Positions 24,569 to 35,649 of a DNA stretch of 37,798 nucleotides are shown in pieces; within the stretch, counting starts at the first letter, position 1; every line of letters begins with the position of its first letter. A model generated the notes under the pieces. The model was not told the origin of the DNA and searched no databases. It worked only from the letters and a program-made list of their open reading frames with translations. This DNA is from Octopus bimaculoides (taxonomy: Eukaryota), in contig NC_069004.1 in the NCBI RefSeq assembly GCF_001194135.2, positions 24,149,429-24,187,226 of the forward strand. The letters are read 5' to 3'. Made by a program: the position numbers and the translations under genes.

Positions 24569-24616
24569 ATTCAAAGTCATACCGGTTTCGTCAATTGCTG
24601 TTCACTGGCTTTGAAT
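24569..24616 (-). ncRNA. Degenerate minimal type I hammerhead ribozyme motif in the PLE 3' region
   Basis: The minus strand reads AUUCAAAGC-CCAGUGA-ACAGCAAUUGAC-GAAA-CCG-GUA-UGACUUUGAAU. Stem I arms are complementary and GAAACCGGUA is intact, but the CUGANGA box has 3 transitions. Confidence 0.5.
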
Positions 24617-24800
24617 ACGCACCGATTATCAAACGGTGTCGGGTCTACTAGTCCCTGAGTAAAAAGATTATATGCAAGGGAGGTAAGTAGTTCTGAGAGT
24701 GGTGCAATTAGGGTTGATGTAATACTGTAATATGAATGATGTATGAAATGTGTGGGAATTAGTGGCATTAATGGTAAGGTTAGCAGTGTTCTATATTATG

Positions 24801-25320
24801 TTACGTGTTCATGTTGAGTTGTGAATGATATTTATTGATGAAAGTTGCTTCTTTAGTCGTTCTTTGCTGAACTGAGGTGTTCTGTGAACATTGATATAAA
24901 GGGAAAATTTGGAAGTTAGGATTAAGGTTCCTAGCTTATCTTTCTATGTATTCACTGACCTGCAACTCTCTGCATTGTGGTTAGCAGATTTGTTCTATGT
25001 GCAGAGTTGGTCTTCAACGGAGTGACATTCCTGATTGGCCAATATAATGATCAACAGGTAATGGCATAGATTAGGTTTTCCGGGGCACAGGTGAAATTTG
25101 ATTTTATCTTAAATATTTCACCATGTTTAAAGTGGAACTCTGTACTCTCTAAAACGTAGGGGCATGTACCACAATTCGGCCGACAGCATCTTTTCACTTT
25201 TGGTTCTGTTGTTAATGGATATAGTCTTGCGTTGGTTAATATTTTTCTCAATGATTTCGGTTGCATTTTACACTTGATAATTTTGTGTGAGCCTAAAATT
25301 TTGTTCATTATATATACATA
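24801..25320 (-). pseudogene. Penelope-like retroelement GIY-YIG endonuclease remnant; 24370-24800 is probably its 3' UTR/pLTR
   Basis: CCRPNCGTCPY Zn-knuckle linker and FTCAPENLIYAITC, then frameshifted HYIGQSGMSLR*R...H..QI...FQIFPL...RTTKEATFINKYHSQLN*. This is the typical PLE endonuclease layout. Confidence 0.88.
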
Positions 25321-26161
25321 AATATCTCTGTCTAGAAGAGTTATATTTCATATTATTTTCTAGAAGGCATCTCTTAAATGCTAAGACTGAAATGGGAATC
25401 TCTTGTGTGCATACATCAAAACGGACATTTAGAAACTATCATTAGGTTTATAGTAATCATTGATAATTACTTATATATTATGGATATTTATATATTTAAA
25501 GAGATCAATATTTCTGGTATAATGCAGTTTTTCGGGTATAATGTACTAAATAAGTATGACATACTAATTAGATATTGTAAATATAAGTTAAATCTAATAT
25601 AAGTGGCAGCGTATAACTATTTTACAGCAAATTTGATTAAACATACTTCTTTGAAATATTTGAAATTCCTATAGTAACCTATTAAACTAATCTTAAGATA
25701 TAACATATTACCTTAAAGTAATAACAACTTTAGTGTACTTATAATATAAATTTTCTATATATAATATCTAATAATATATAGGTTCTGCTTATGTTTGCGT
25801 AATGAGTATTGACCATATATTTACGCAAATATTGATGTCGTAACAATTTTAGATGGAATTAAATAGAATTTGATATAATATATTTTAATAATCTTCAGTA
25901 TTGTTAACAAACATATGCTCAACTACTTGATATATATAGCTACCATCTCCTTCACACATTATCTCTACCATTCTTCTTCACTCACTCGTTTTTATCTACC
26001 TTTCTATTTCTGTCTATAATATCTATATCTTCTTAACTACCATACGACCATCAATGAACTATTATGTATCATATTTTCACGAGCACTTGTATTCAAGAAA
26101 ATACACACATTTGAGTTTGTCGTAGGTAACATCCTTTTGGAAATTCTCCCTGAGGAAATAC

Positions 26162-26864
26162 CCAATTGACTGGTTTCAAATATGGGACTTTGGATCAAAG
26201 TATTCTGCTTCTGTGTGGAAACAGCCGTAGGCAGGAATTTCTGTACATGAATTCGAATGTCTTTCAATAAATAACGTCTGTATGTCAATTTTCAAACAAG
26301 GAGTCCAGCCCCACATCCAGCACAAAACATCTGTGGACTGGTTTCTGGGTTATTGCTCTTTATCAACACAGAGTAACTGCTTGGCTAGGTGGCGTTGCTG
26401 AATTCCGTTCGAAAAAATATAGTTTTCAACGTGACACACAATCACTGATCTAATAAATAGAGACATTATTATTTCTAAATCTCTCAAAGAGAGATATTCA
26501 GTAACAGTTCTTTGAAGTAAAAACTATTAGCCAACATAATGTGGCTGTCTTCTCTTTGAGAGATTTAGAAATAATAATGTTTCTATTTATTATTTGAAAA
26601 CTATATATTTTCGAACGGAATTCAGCAACGCCACTTAGCCAAGTAGCTACTGTGTGTTGATAAAGAGCAATAACCCAGAAACCGGGTCACAGATGTTGTT
26701 TCGTGCTGGATGTGGGGCTGGACTCCTTGTTTGAAAATTGACGTACAGACGTTATTTATTGAAAGACATTCGAATTCATGTACAGAAATTCCTGCCTACG
26801 GCTGTTTCCACATAGAAGCAGAATGCTTTGATCCAAAGTCCCATATTTGAAACCAGTCAATTGG
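26162..26864. repeat. Long inverted repeat, arms 26162-26492 and 26551-26864
   Basis: The arms are reverse complements with scattered substitutions, a ~20-bp indel and a 3-bp indel. Confidence 0.95.
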
Positions 26865-27330
26865 ACTCCCTGTTCGAAAATATAAGGACACAGATATTGT
26901 GTCGTATAGCCAGCTGGAAACGATGTTTCCTGGGACTAAACAACAATAACAGTTGTCCCTTCCAGGACAGCCACATTATGTTGACAAATAGTCTCTATTT
27001 TAAAGAATTGTTACAGAATATATCTCTTTGAGAGATTTAGAAATATATTTATATGTATGTGTGTGTGTGTGTGTGTGTANNNNNNNNNNNNNNNNNNNNN
27101 NNNNNNNNNNNNNNNNNNNNNNNNNNNNNNNNNNNNNNNNNNNNNNNNNNNNNNNNNNNNNNNNNNNNNNNNNNNNNNNNNNNNNNNNNNNNNNNNNNNN
27201 NNNNNNNNNNNNNNNNNNNNNNNNNNNNNNNNNNNNNNNNNNNNNNNNNNNNNNNNNNNNNNNNNNNNNNNNNNNNNNNNNNNNNNNNNNNNNNNNNNNN
27301 NNNNNNNNNNNNNNNNNNNNNGTGTATATA

Positions 27331-28176
27331 CAGGGTGCGGTGAATATATTGTCGTCTAAATTACGCAAAAATGAAAATAAGACATTTCATTTTAATAGAT
27401 ATATTTACCAAAATTACATAAAAATATCTTGAAATACTAAAGAGTAAATTTATTCAATAAAATCGCCATTGGCTTCAAATCCGGCCTCCAGACCACTTCG
27501 GACTCTCCCGCAACTCTTCTGGACTGTCTCCTTGTTTAAGTTGGTGAATGCTGCCATAATCCTTGCCTTCAGTTCATCTTTGGTGTTACAAGAAGTTTTG
27601 TTGGTCTCTCGCTCAGCTGTGTCTGGGGAGTTAGGTGGCCAGATGTTAGGGGTGATGTGGTCACAGAAATTGTCTGACAGCCATGGCTGAGTTCTCCTGG
27701 TTGTATGGCATGGTGCACAGTCCTGTTGCCAGACACAGAGTCTTCCAGCAGCCACAGTCTTGACCTAGGCAACACTACCTCCTCCAGGCACTTGATGTAG
27801 GCCTCCGTGTTGATTCTGCGGTCGTGTGGGAAGATGAATGGAGGCATAACATCACCATCACTATTGATCATTCCAAACATCATGATCTTGACTGGATGTT
27901 TGATTTTTATTTCTCCCGGTACATGTCTTCAGATTACACTGTCCTCAGATTAACATCCAAACATTCTGAACAGTTCGTATTGGAGCTTCCGCTGCGAATG
28001 CCAAGCTGTACAGCATGCCGTTTCCAAACGTCTGGCGGAGTGAATTGCATCATGGTGCTGTATTTCTCACAGTCGGTGTCCAACTGACCCTACTATACTG
28101 TGTAGTCGACAAAATCAAAAACAAATAAACCGCATGCGCAAAATTAAAAATATAAAATTTTACCCATCGCACCCTC
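27331..28176 (-). mobile_element. Internally deleted Tc1/mariner element (maT/DD37D-like) with both TIRs
   Basis: The left end TA+CAGGGTGCGGTG matches the right end ATCGCACCCT. N-terminal MMQFTPPDVWKRHAVQLGIRSGSS..LDVNLRTV is joined directly to IKHPVKIMMFG..NSDGDVMPPFIF, followed by VWQQDCAPCHT and WPPNSPD. The usual xNPLDYxxW segment is missing. Confidence 0.88.
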
Positions 28177-28467
28177 TCTATATATAGGTATGCTGATGGA
28201 AACAAGAAAAATAGAACTCGAAATATGATTATATGTATATTTTTATTCATATTTAGCTGAAGTAATAGAGTGACCCTAGGTTCGAGACTTTCGTATATTG
28301 GCACTTAATCATTCGTACATTATGCTTAATGTTAAGACATTGAAATCGGAAATGTTACTGGTCTTAACATTAATATAATACATAAATGGCTATTTTAATC
28401 TAATATTGCTTCTGTTGTATATAGCGTGTACTCACACACACATACAGACATACATGCTTACATACAT

Positions 28468-28886
28468 ACTCTTTTACCCTTTTACTCTTTTACTTGTTTC
28501 AGTCTTTGACTGTGGCCATGCTGGGGCACCGCCTTTTAGACGAGCAATTCGACCCCAGGACTTATTCTTTGTAAGCCTAGTACTTATTCTATCGGTCACT
28601 TTTTGCCGAATCGCTAAGTTACGGGGACGTAAACACACCAGCCTCGGTTGTCAAGCGAAGCTGTGGGGACAAACACAGACACACAAACATATACAAACAT
28701 ACACACATATATATACATATATACGACGGGCTTCTTTCAGTTTCCGTCTACCAAATCCACTCACAAGGCTTTGGTCGGCCCGAGGCTATAGTAGAAGACA
28801 CTTGCCCAAGATGCCACGCAGTGGGACTGAACCCAGAACCATGTGGTTGGTAAGCAAGCTACATACTACACAGCCACTCCTGCGCC
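28468..28886 (-). mobile_element. SINE family A, full-length young copy
   Basis: Reverse complement of 8035-8447 with few differences. Confidence 0.95.
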
Positions 28887-28943
28887 TATATACATACATA
28901 CATACATGCACACGCACACACGCACACTCAAACACACACACAC

Positions 28944-29330
28944 TTGAATCAAATTATTCAAGACACAGCATACAAATTCAGATCAGGACAGATCTTCATC
29001 GTAAAAAATCATTTTACATGTTCTCCAAGGGATTTCGTATATGCTATCAAATGTCAAGGATATAATGAAGATTACATAGGTCAAACAAAACTTACTCTAA
29101 GAAATAGAATGACCATTGACCGACAACAAATACAAGACCCCAGCACAAGACAGGTTCCACTGAGTGGACACATAGACATGAGCAAAGAATAAGTCCCCCA
29201 AATTCCATGTTTTCCCACTCTGCCTATGTTCAGTGAATACCACAGATGAAGCACCGATAAACAAAGAAAATACTTTCATACAAAAGAACAAACCAAGACT
29301 TAGCAAACTTTTACAGAATATATACACAAA
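28944..29330 (+). pseudogene. Penelope-like GIY-YIG endonuclease remnant
   Basis: KNHFTCSPRDFVYAIKCQGYNEDYIGQTKLTLRNRMT..RQQI...VPLSGHID...*VPKFHVFPL...KENTFIQKNKPRL; one in-frame stop. Confidence 0.88.
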
Positions 29331-29404
29331 TAACTATTCACAGACAAGACGCATTCTGCCACCTGACATGAGGAATCTACACAGCTAGCCTTCGCCGCAT
29401 TTAG

Positions 29405-29640
29405 CTATTGTTTATATGATGCATAAGCTGCTCTAAATTAGCAGAGTTGGCGTATGACACCTTCATGGTGTGTCGATTAAAAGTAGCATGATACCGATTC
29501 GATTTAGAAAATACTTCTCTAAAGCAACAAAAAATTTTCCAGCGATCTTGGTTGAAAAGTGCAAACCGAAAATTGGGTTGAACCAGAGGACATCCTGATT
29601 CCTATATCTGTTGTTAGGCTTATGTGATCGAGTGTGTTGT
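29405..29640 (-). pseudogene. Penelope-like RT C-terminal (thumb/linker) remnant, Naiad-like
   Basis: RYRNQDVLWFNPIFGLHFSTKIAGKFFVALEKYF, one frameshift, then RYHATFNRHTMKVSYANSANLEQLM. Matches the PLE pattern WFNPP...IGKxFLxLxDKHF...IFNRNTVKVSYS. Confidence 0.72.
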
Positions 29641-30142
29641 ACAGCATTGGAACAATTGAATTATTAAGCAGATGAATTATTATGTCACGGGTGTCTATGA
29701 GTTTTTGTTGGTAGTTCATTAATATGACCAATTCTTTCTGCCCTGTATTCTTTATCTGATTGAGTTCTTAAACGGTAACGTTGTAGTGGTATAGAATGTG
29801 CATCGCGGTTGGAGGAATTACTAGTGTTGTGTATGCCTGCTTACAGTCATTTTAACGAGTTGTATTTATTTATCACTCGACGAGATATATCTGCACCACC
29901 GGATGGTCCTGAACCAGTTGTTGAGTGTCCCACCCAAGAGGAATCGATGCTAGATGTGTCGAAATAATTGTCGTGGTTAATAATGAATTTTCATATATCC
30001 CATCTTCTGTNNNNNNNNNNNNNNNNNNNNNNNNNNNNNNNNNNNNNNNNNNNNNNNNNNNNNNNNNNNNNNNNNNNNNNNNNNNNNNNNNNNNNNNNNN
30101 NNNNNNNNNNNNNNNNNNNNNNNNNNNNNNNNNNNNNNNNNN

Positions 30143-30330
30143 TGTATCTATATATATTTATGAGTGTCTTCGTGTCCGTGTTTGTCCTCACACCATCGCT
30201 TGACAACGGATGTTGTCAAGCGGTTCGGCAAGAAGGATAGATAAAATAAGTACTAGGCTTACAAAGAATACGTGCTGGAGTCGATTTCTTTGACTAAAAC
30301 CCTTTAAGGGTTGCTGAAACAAGTAATAGA
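30143..30330 (+). mobile_element. SINE family A, 3' fragment with internal deletions
   Basis: gtttgtcctcacaccatcgcttgacaac...gcggttcggcaa...ataagtactaggcttacaaagaata...ctgaaacaagtaa. Confidence 0.82.
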
Positions 30331-32048
30331 ATAATAGAATAATATATATAAATATATATATGTATATGTATGTATGTGTGTGTGTGAGTGTGTGTGTGTT
30401 GATGCAAACAGGAAAAAAGGGAAATCAAAATATAAGTATTTTTATCACTATTTAGCAGCACTAACAGAGTGACCCAAGGTCCGAGAGTTTCATGCCTTGG
30501 CACTTTAGTCTTTCGCGTGATATACTTAATGTTAAGACATTGTAATAGGCAATGTTACTGGTTTTAGCATTAAGTATAATACATAAATGGCTATTTCAAA
30601 CTAATATTGCTTCTGTTGCATATAACGTGTGCTCACAGACACAGACAGACAGAGAGATAGAGACACACACATAAACACATACATACACACATACATACAC
30701 ACTCACATACACATACATATATATATTGACTTTTCCACACAGACACATATACACGCGTGCATATACTTTACTTCTCTAACTTTGGAAGGGTGTATATGTA
30801 TGTATGTATATGAATATATGCATGTCACTAATGACCACCATGCTTTTATTGCCTTGACTTGCAGCCCACATCAACTTACATTTGTGTTTGTTCTATAAAC
30901 ACGTGTCGCGTCTTAAAATCACTTTGGGTTGTATTAGCATTTTACGAAAGTGTTGGTGAAAGTGTTTGTGCAAGGACCTTACTCTCTTGAGATTTTCGCT
31001 TATGTTACATAAGAACAAACATACAACACGGAAACGATTTAAATGTTTATATGTGAATTTGTTTAAATAGGAAAACTGTTTAAAATGATTTCTGCCGTTG
31101 TTGTTTTTTAACTCAAGGTCACTCACACAACTCCACCTCCCGTCCTCCCCCCACACGCAAAGACACACACACAGACAACACTTTCCTTTTGTTTTATTTT
31201 CATCGCAATCGTCTAACGTTTAGGTAAACACACTTTGAGATCCTGGCTCTAATTTCTTGTCTTGAGAAGATAACCTTCTGTACTTATGTTTTCTCCGTTC
31301 CATTTCCTAAGACTTAACCCCATACTCTTTATTGTTTGTTGCTCGTCTCTACTGTATTTCTTGCATTACAACTTTATCCGATGGACGCTGGTGCTTCTAT
31401 GTCAAGCAGTTATGACTAAAGTGTCGAAACTGCTATAATCCTTAGTGACACAGCTGCTGAAAACTTAATTTTCGCGTGCCATGTGTTTTAATCGTAGCAT
31501 CCATTCCTTATATTTGTGATTGCTGACGAAAACAGTCATACCTACACACAGATACGTACAAACACAAACACACACACACATGATTTAGCTAGCGGGTATC
31601 AGTTATTTATACCACGATTTTCCTAGCAATCGCGAGCAGATATAAACGCTCTCTCAGTCCTCACTGCGGAACATTAAAAAGTGTGACATCTGGAGGTCAC
31701 CAGCACAGCACTCGGCTTGTACTAATTTTCTACGGACTAGCTTGGAGAAACGTGAAATAAAGTGTATGTCTTTTGATTAATCTTAATTTTAATCCTTCAG
31801 CTAATTAATGCTTTTTTTGGGCCTGCAATCGCCTATGTTATTGATTCTGTTATTATCATTTTTTAAAATAGTCATTCCAGATAATAACAAAATTAATAAT
31901 AAAATTTTCGAGAATTATTTTTCTCGTGAATTGTTTGCCCCTGTACCGAGAGTATTTCCTCACTGGTGACTGTGGTTGACTTCGGCGCAAAACGAACCAG
32001 TTGCAGCGCAGACTTCAATACGATAAGTTGGAGTGTCTATCATGGTAG

Positions 32049-32103
32049 CGCGTGCTGAAGAAGCTTAGGCGATTTTTTGCCAATGCAGAAACCGGTCCAC
32101 ATG
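32049..32103 (+). ncRNA. Minimal type I hammerhead ribozyme-like motif
   Basis: CGCGUG-CUGAAGA-AGCUUAGGCGAUUUUUUGCCAAUGCA-GAAA-CCG-GUC-CACAUG: intact catalytic boxes and GUC triplet, imperfect stems I and II. Confidence 0.55.
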
Positions 32104-32253
32104 AGTCCTTATACTTAAATGTACGTTAAGAGATTTCATTAACCTGATCTGCTTTCGGTTGATTTCTGTAGTTATCATCAGTGTATTTTGGCGATTTAAA
32201 TAAGAGTTTTGACTGTTATTTCCAGTAGGTAGACATACTTAGTATGTCTTTTG

Positions 32254-32254
<1 letters not shown>

Positions 32255-32330
<76 letters not shown>

Positions 32331-32345
32331 CCTATCTATCTATAT
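32255..32345. repeat. (TCTA)n microsatellite
   Basis: Direct reading. Confidence 0.95.
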
Positions 32346-32369
32346 GATTATCCTTTTATCCATGTTTGT

Positions 32370-32560
32370 GTGTCTTTGCGTATGCGTTTGTCCCACCACT
32401 GCTTGACAACCGGTATTGGTTTATTTACTTAACGGCTCAAACCGATAGAGTAAGTATCAGACTTAAAAATAAGTACTGGGGTCGATTAGAGCCGCTAAAC
32501 GCTTCAAGGTGGTGCCCCAGCATGGCCGTAGTCGAGTGATTGAAACAAGTAAAAATTGAA
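32370..32560 (+). mobile_element. SINE family A, 3' half
   Basis: gtttgtcccaccactgcttgacaaccgg...aataagtactggggtcgatt...ggtgccccagcatggccg...tgaaacaagtaaaa. Confidence 0.82.
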
Positions 32561-32589
32561 TGATAAGATGTGTATGTATGTATGTGTGT

Positions 32590-32790
32590 TTGTTCCCCTA
32601 TGGCTACTGCTTGGTTTGCTTACGTCCCCGTAAGCTAGTGGTTCGACCAAAGGGATCGATAGAATAAGTACCAGACTTCACAACAAAGAGACAAACATAA
32701 ATACTTGGGCTGGTATTCTGGACGAAAACTCTCCAAAGCTGTGTTCCAGAATGGCCGCATTCCTATGTATGAAACAAGTAAATAATACAA
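32590..32790 (+). mobile_element. SINE family A, diverged 3' half
   Basis: ttacgtccccgtaagctagtggttcgacc...gatagaataagtacc...gtgttccagaatggccgca...gaaacaagtaaa. Confidence 0.72.
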
Positions 32791-33094
32791 GGTACATCGA
32801 CTAAATATGGAGTAGATTAGAATTATGTATGAAACGGTGGGAAAGGAAATAACTTGTGTCATTGTTAAATTCAATCAACGCCAGCCAGGACAAAGATAGC
32901 TCATGTGTCGGGTAGAATGGCGTCCACTGTATGGTTGGGGCGGCGAATTGGTTTAGCAACGGCTGCTTGTGCAGCGTATTGTGTCAAAGTGTTTTTGCTG
33001 GCCAATGGGTAAAGCGGAAGAACAAAGACCGGCATAATCAGCTGATTAACCACCCAGAAAACATGCCAACAAATTAATGTTAATGAATACAGTC

Positions 33095-33096
<2 letters not shown>

Positions 33097-33183
<87 letters not shown>
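33097..33183. repeat. (CA)n microsatellite running into gap
   Basis: Direct reading. Confidence 0.97.
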
Positions 33184-33420
33184 NNNNNNNNNNNNNNNNN
33201 NNNNNNNNNNNNNNNNNNNNNNNNNNNNNNNNNNNNNNNNNNNNNNNNNNNNNNNNNNNNNNNNNNNNNNNNNNNNNNNNNNNNNNNNNNNNNNNNNNNN
33301 NNNNNNNNNNNNNNNNNNNNNNNNNNNNNNNNNNNNNNNNNNNNNNNNNNNNNNNNNNNNNNNNNNNNNNNNNNNNNNNNNNNNNNNNNNNNNNNNNNNN
33401 NNNNNNNNNNNACATGTGTT

Positions 33421-33457
<37 letters not shown>

Positions 33458-33542
33458 ATACATCTCTCTCTCTATATATATATGCATGTATGTATATATA
33501 TGTGTGTGTTTGTATGTGTGTGTTTGTATGTGTGTATATATT

Positions 33543-33638
33543 ACATATATAAGTACATATATGAGTACATATATAAGTACATATATAAGTACATATATAA
33601 GTACATATATAAGTACATATATAAGTACATATATAAGT
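33543..33638. repeat. 12-bp minisatellite ACATATATAAGT x8
   Basis: Eight units; one has an A>G change. Confidence 0.95.
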
Positions 33639-33693
33639 GAAAAAAGGCAAATAGACACATGTAGGCTTAATGAGTATATATATATACATATAC

Positions 33694-33727
<34 letters not shown>

Positions 33728-35174
33728 ATTGTATGCATGTATGTATGTATTGTATGTATGTATGTATGTATGTATGTATTGTATGTATGTATTGTATGCA
33801 TGTATGTATGTATGTATGTATGTGCACATACTTATGTACACATACACACAAACCGACATTCTTACACAAAGAGACAAAAGGAGAGACAGTTGGTGTGTAA
33901 GCGGTGTTGAATTTATTAAACAAGCCAAGCGATTTACAGGCCTGGAACCAATTTTTATTTAATAGTCGGATTGTTTTGGCAATTTAGTCGAAGGAGATCA
34001 GGGCTGTGTTAATAAATTTAGCGAAGCAGAACAAAACACGAAATTTTTAAATAAACGACACACAAACAATTTATATATTACTTAACACACCTATAAAAAA
34101 TAACAAGAATCATAACAACAGCAACCGCATCGACTAAAACAACAACAACAATTGTCTATAACTGTTAGAACAAGAATAATTATCAAGGGACTTACTAATG
34201 GAATGAAATGGGCCGAAAAAAATACAGAGAAGACGTTGATTGTACTTATTATTTCATTCGTAATGTGTAATTATAAATGGTTATCATTTCAGTCTGCTGA
34301 AATTCAATGCGATGGTCTTTATGATTAAGATATAAATGATTTCTTTTCCTTGGACCACACCATAGGTATTGATCTGTCACTTCCGGTTGAACGTATTTTT
34401 ATATTACTTCGTTTTTGTATTTGGTTTGCAAGGTTCTTGATGTGAAGTCGTGTGTTGCAACAGATATTGTTGTATCGTGGAAGGGTCATTACACCTATAA
34501 TGATAATTATTTTGTTACACTCCTTTATTTTTTTGACGAAAATTCCTGATGTGAAATCGTCTGTTGAAACAGATATTGTTATATTTCGGGGCGGTCATCA
34601 CTTTTTCTTTCTTTTGCCAAAAAAATACACGCACAATATATTCGTTCTTCACTTCAGATTTATTATTGTTCTTATTTTATATCCTATATGTGCAAATCTT
34701 TCGTTACACATTCTGTGACCTCTTCAGCAGCTCTCAATCCCACGTGCCTCATCCTGTTCTGTTTAGTTCATTCGGTCTTTTTATTATTGCAAATAACCAC
34801 TTCACAGTGGAAATATTAAAGCGCCATAACTTCCAACGAAAGCAACTTGGAGGGGGAGATTCCAAAATGACCCAGACGAGCCTCCATACCTTTTGAAAGT
34901 ATGACACCGTAAGTCTTCCAAAAGAACTACATTAACCTCCATACTATGGTTGATGCCCTCTAAGTTTATATTTTCTAAACGCATGATGTCCTCTAGTGGA
35001 CAGTTAGTACAAGGGAGATAAGAATTTCTTCACAACATTTGGTGGGACTAGAAATTTGAGCATATTCGAACCCATAAGAAAGCCATTAACTGTGTTTTGC
35101 TATGGAGAAAATTTCTCGTTGTAGACGAATGGTGTAAATACACCTGAATCAGCTCGCAGCGCCACTTACCCAAA

Positions 35175-35222
35175 CTGTGAGATTCGAGCATTTCGGAGTG
35201 GTTATTTCCTCTTCAGACATAG
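35175..35222 (-). ncRNA. Hammerhead-like motif with intact core and stem II; stems I and III degenerate
   Basis: The minus strand reads CUAUGU-CUGAAGA-GGA-aauaaccac-UCC-GAAA-UGCUCGAAUCUCACAG. Confidence 0.4.
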
Positions 35223-35649
35223 AAATTGGACAGGGTGCGCTACGAGTTGATAAAAGAAATTTATTAGTCGAAAGTTATCGTGTACAGCACGATTTTATTC
35301 TTTATGGAAATATTCAACATGGCATATGCAAAAGTTTATAAATTAAACATTTTATGAAAAATTCTTACAGTCTAAAAGAAATTTATGGAAAGTGCGTTCT
35401 TTTTGTTTTCAGCTTTTTATATGAGTGAAAGACATGGGCCAAATACATTGGATATAGTAACCCTTTGCTTGTCCAAAGCATTTCATGCTTGTTTTCAAAC
35501 TTTTAGTTACTCCTCGTTTCTTAAGTTCTGAGTAATACAATGCTTTCCTTTCATAAATCCCAGGTTACTCTGATGGTTGATAAAGCAGTGGAAATGTATA
35601 TCATATCTAATGTACGGACCCCGGGGACCTATTTCCTGTGTATCACAGG

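Noticed and set aside
26037-27031. Short ORFs within the inverted repeat as a real protein (e.g. LDSLFENIRTQILCRIASWKRCFL)
   Set aside because: No recognisable domain and stops in all frames; only a faint L1-like resemblance.
29183-29196. 14-nt identity (caaagaataagtcc) between the PLE fragment and SINE A
   Set aside because: A match of this length is plausible by chance in AT-rich DNA of this size, and it lies within the endonuclease coding region.
29425-29445. ctgct/agcag hairpin as a hammerhead stem II
   Set aside because: No catalytic boxes are present, and the sequence is better explained as minus-strand PLE coding remnant.
31641-31660. TATAAA followed by TCAGTC as a TATA+Inr promoter
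   Set aside because: The spacing is about 13 bp, far from the ~30 bp expected.
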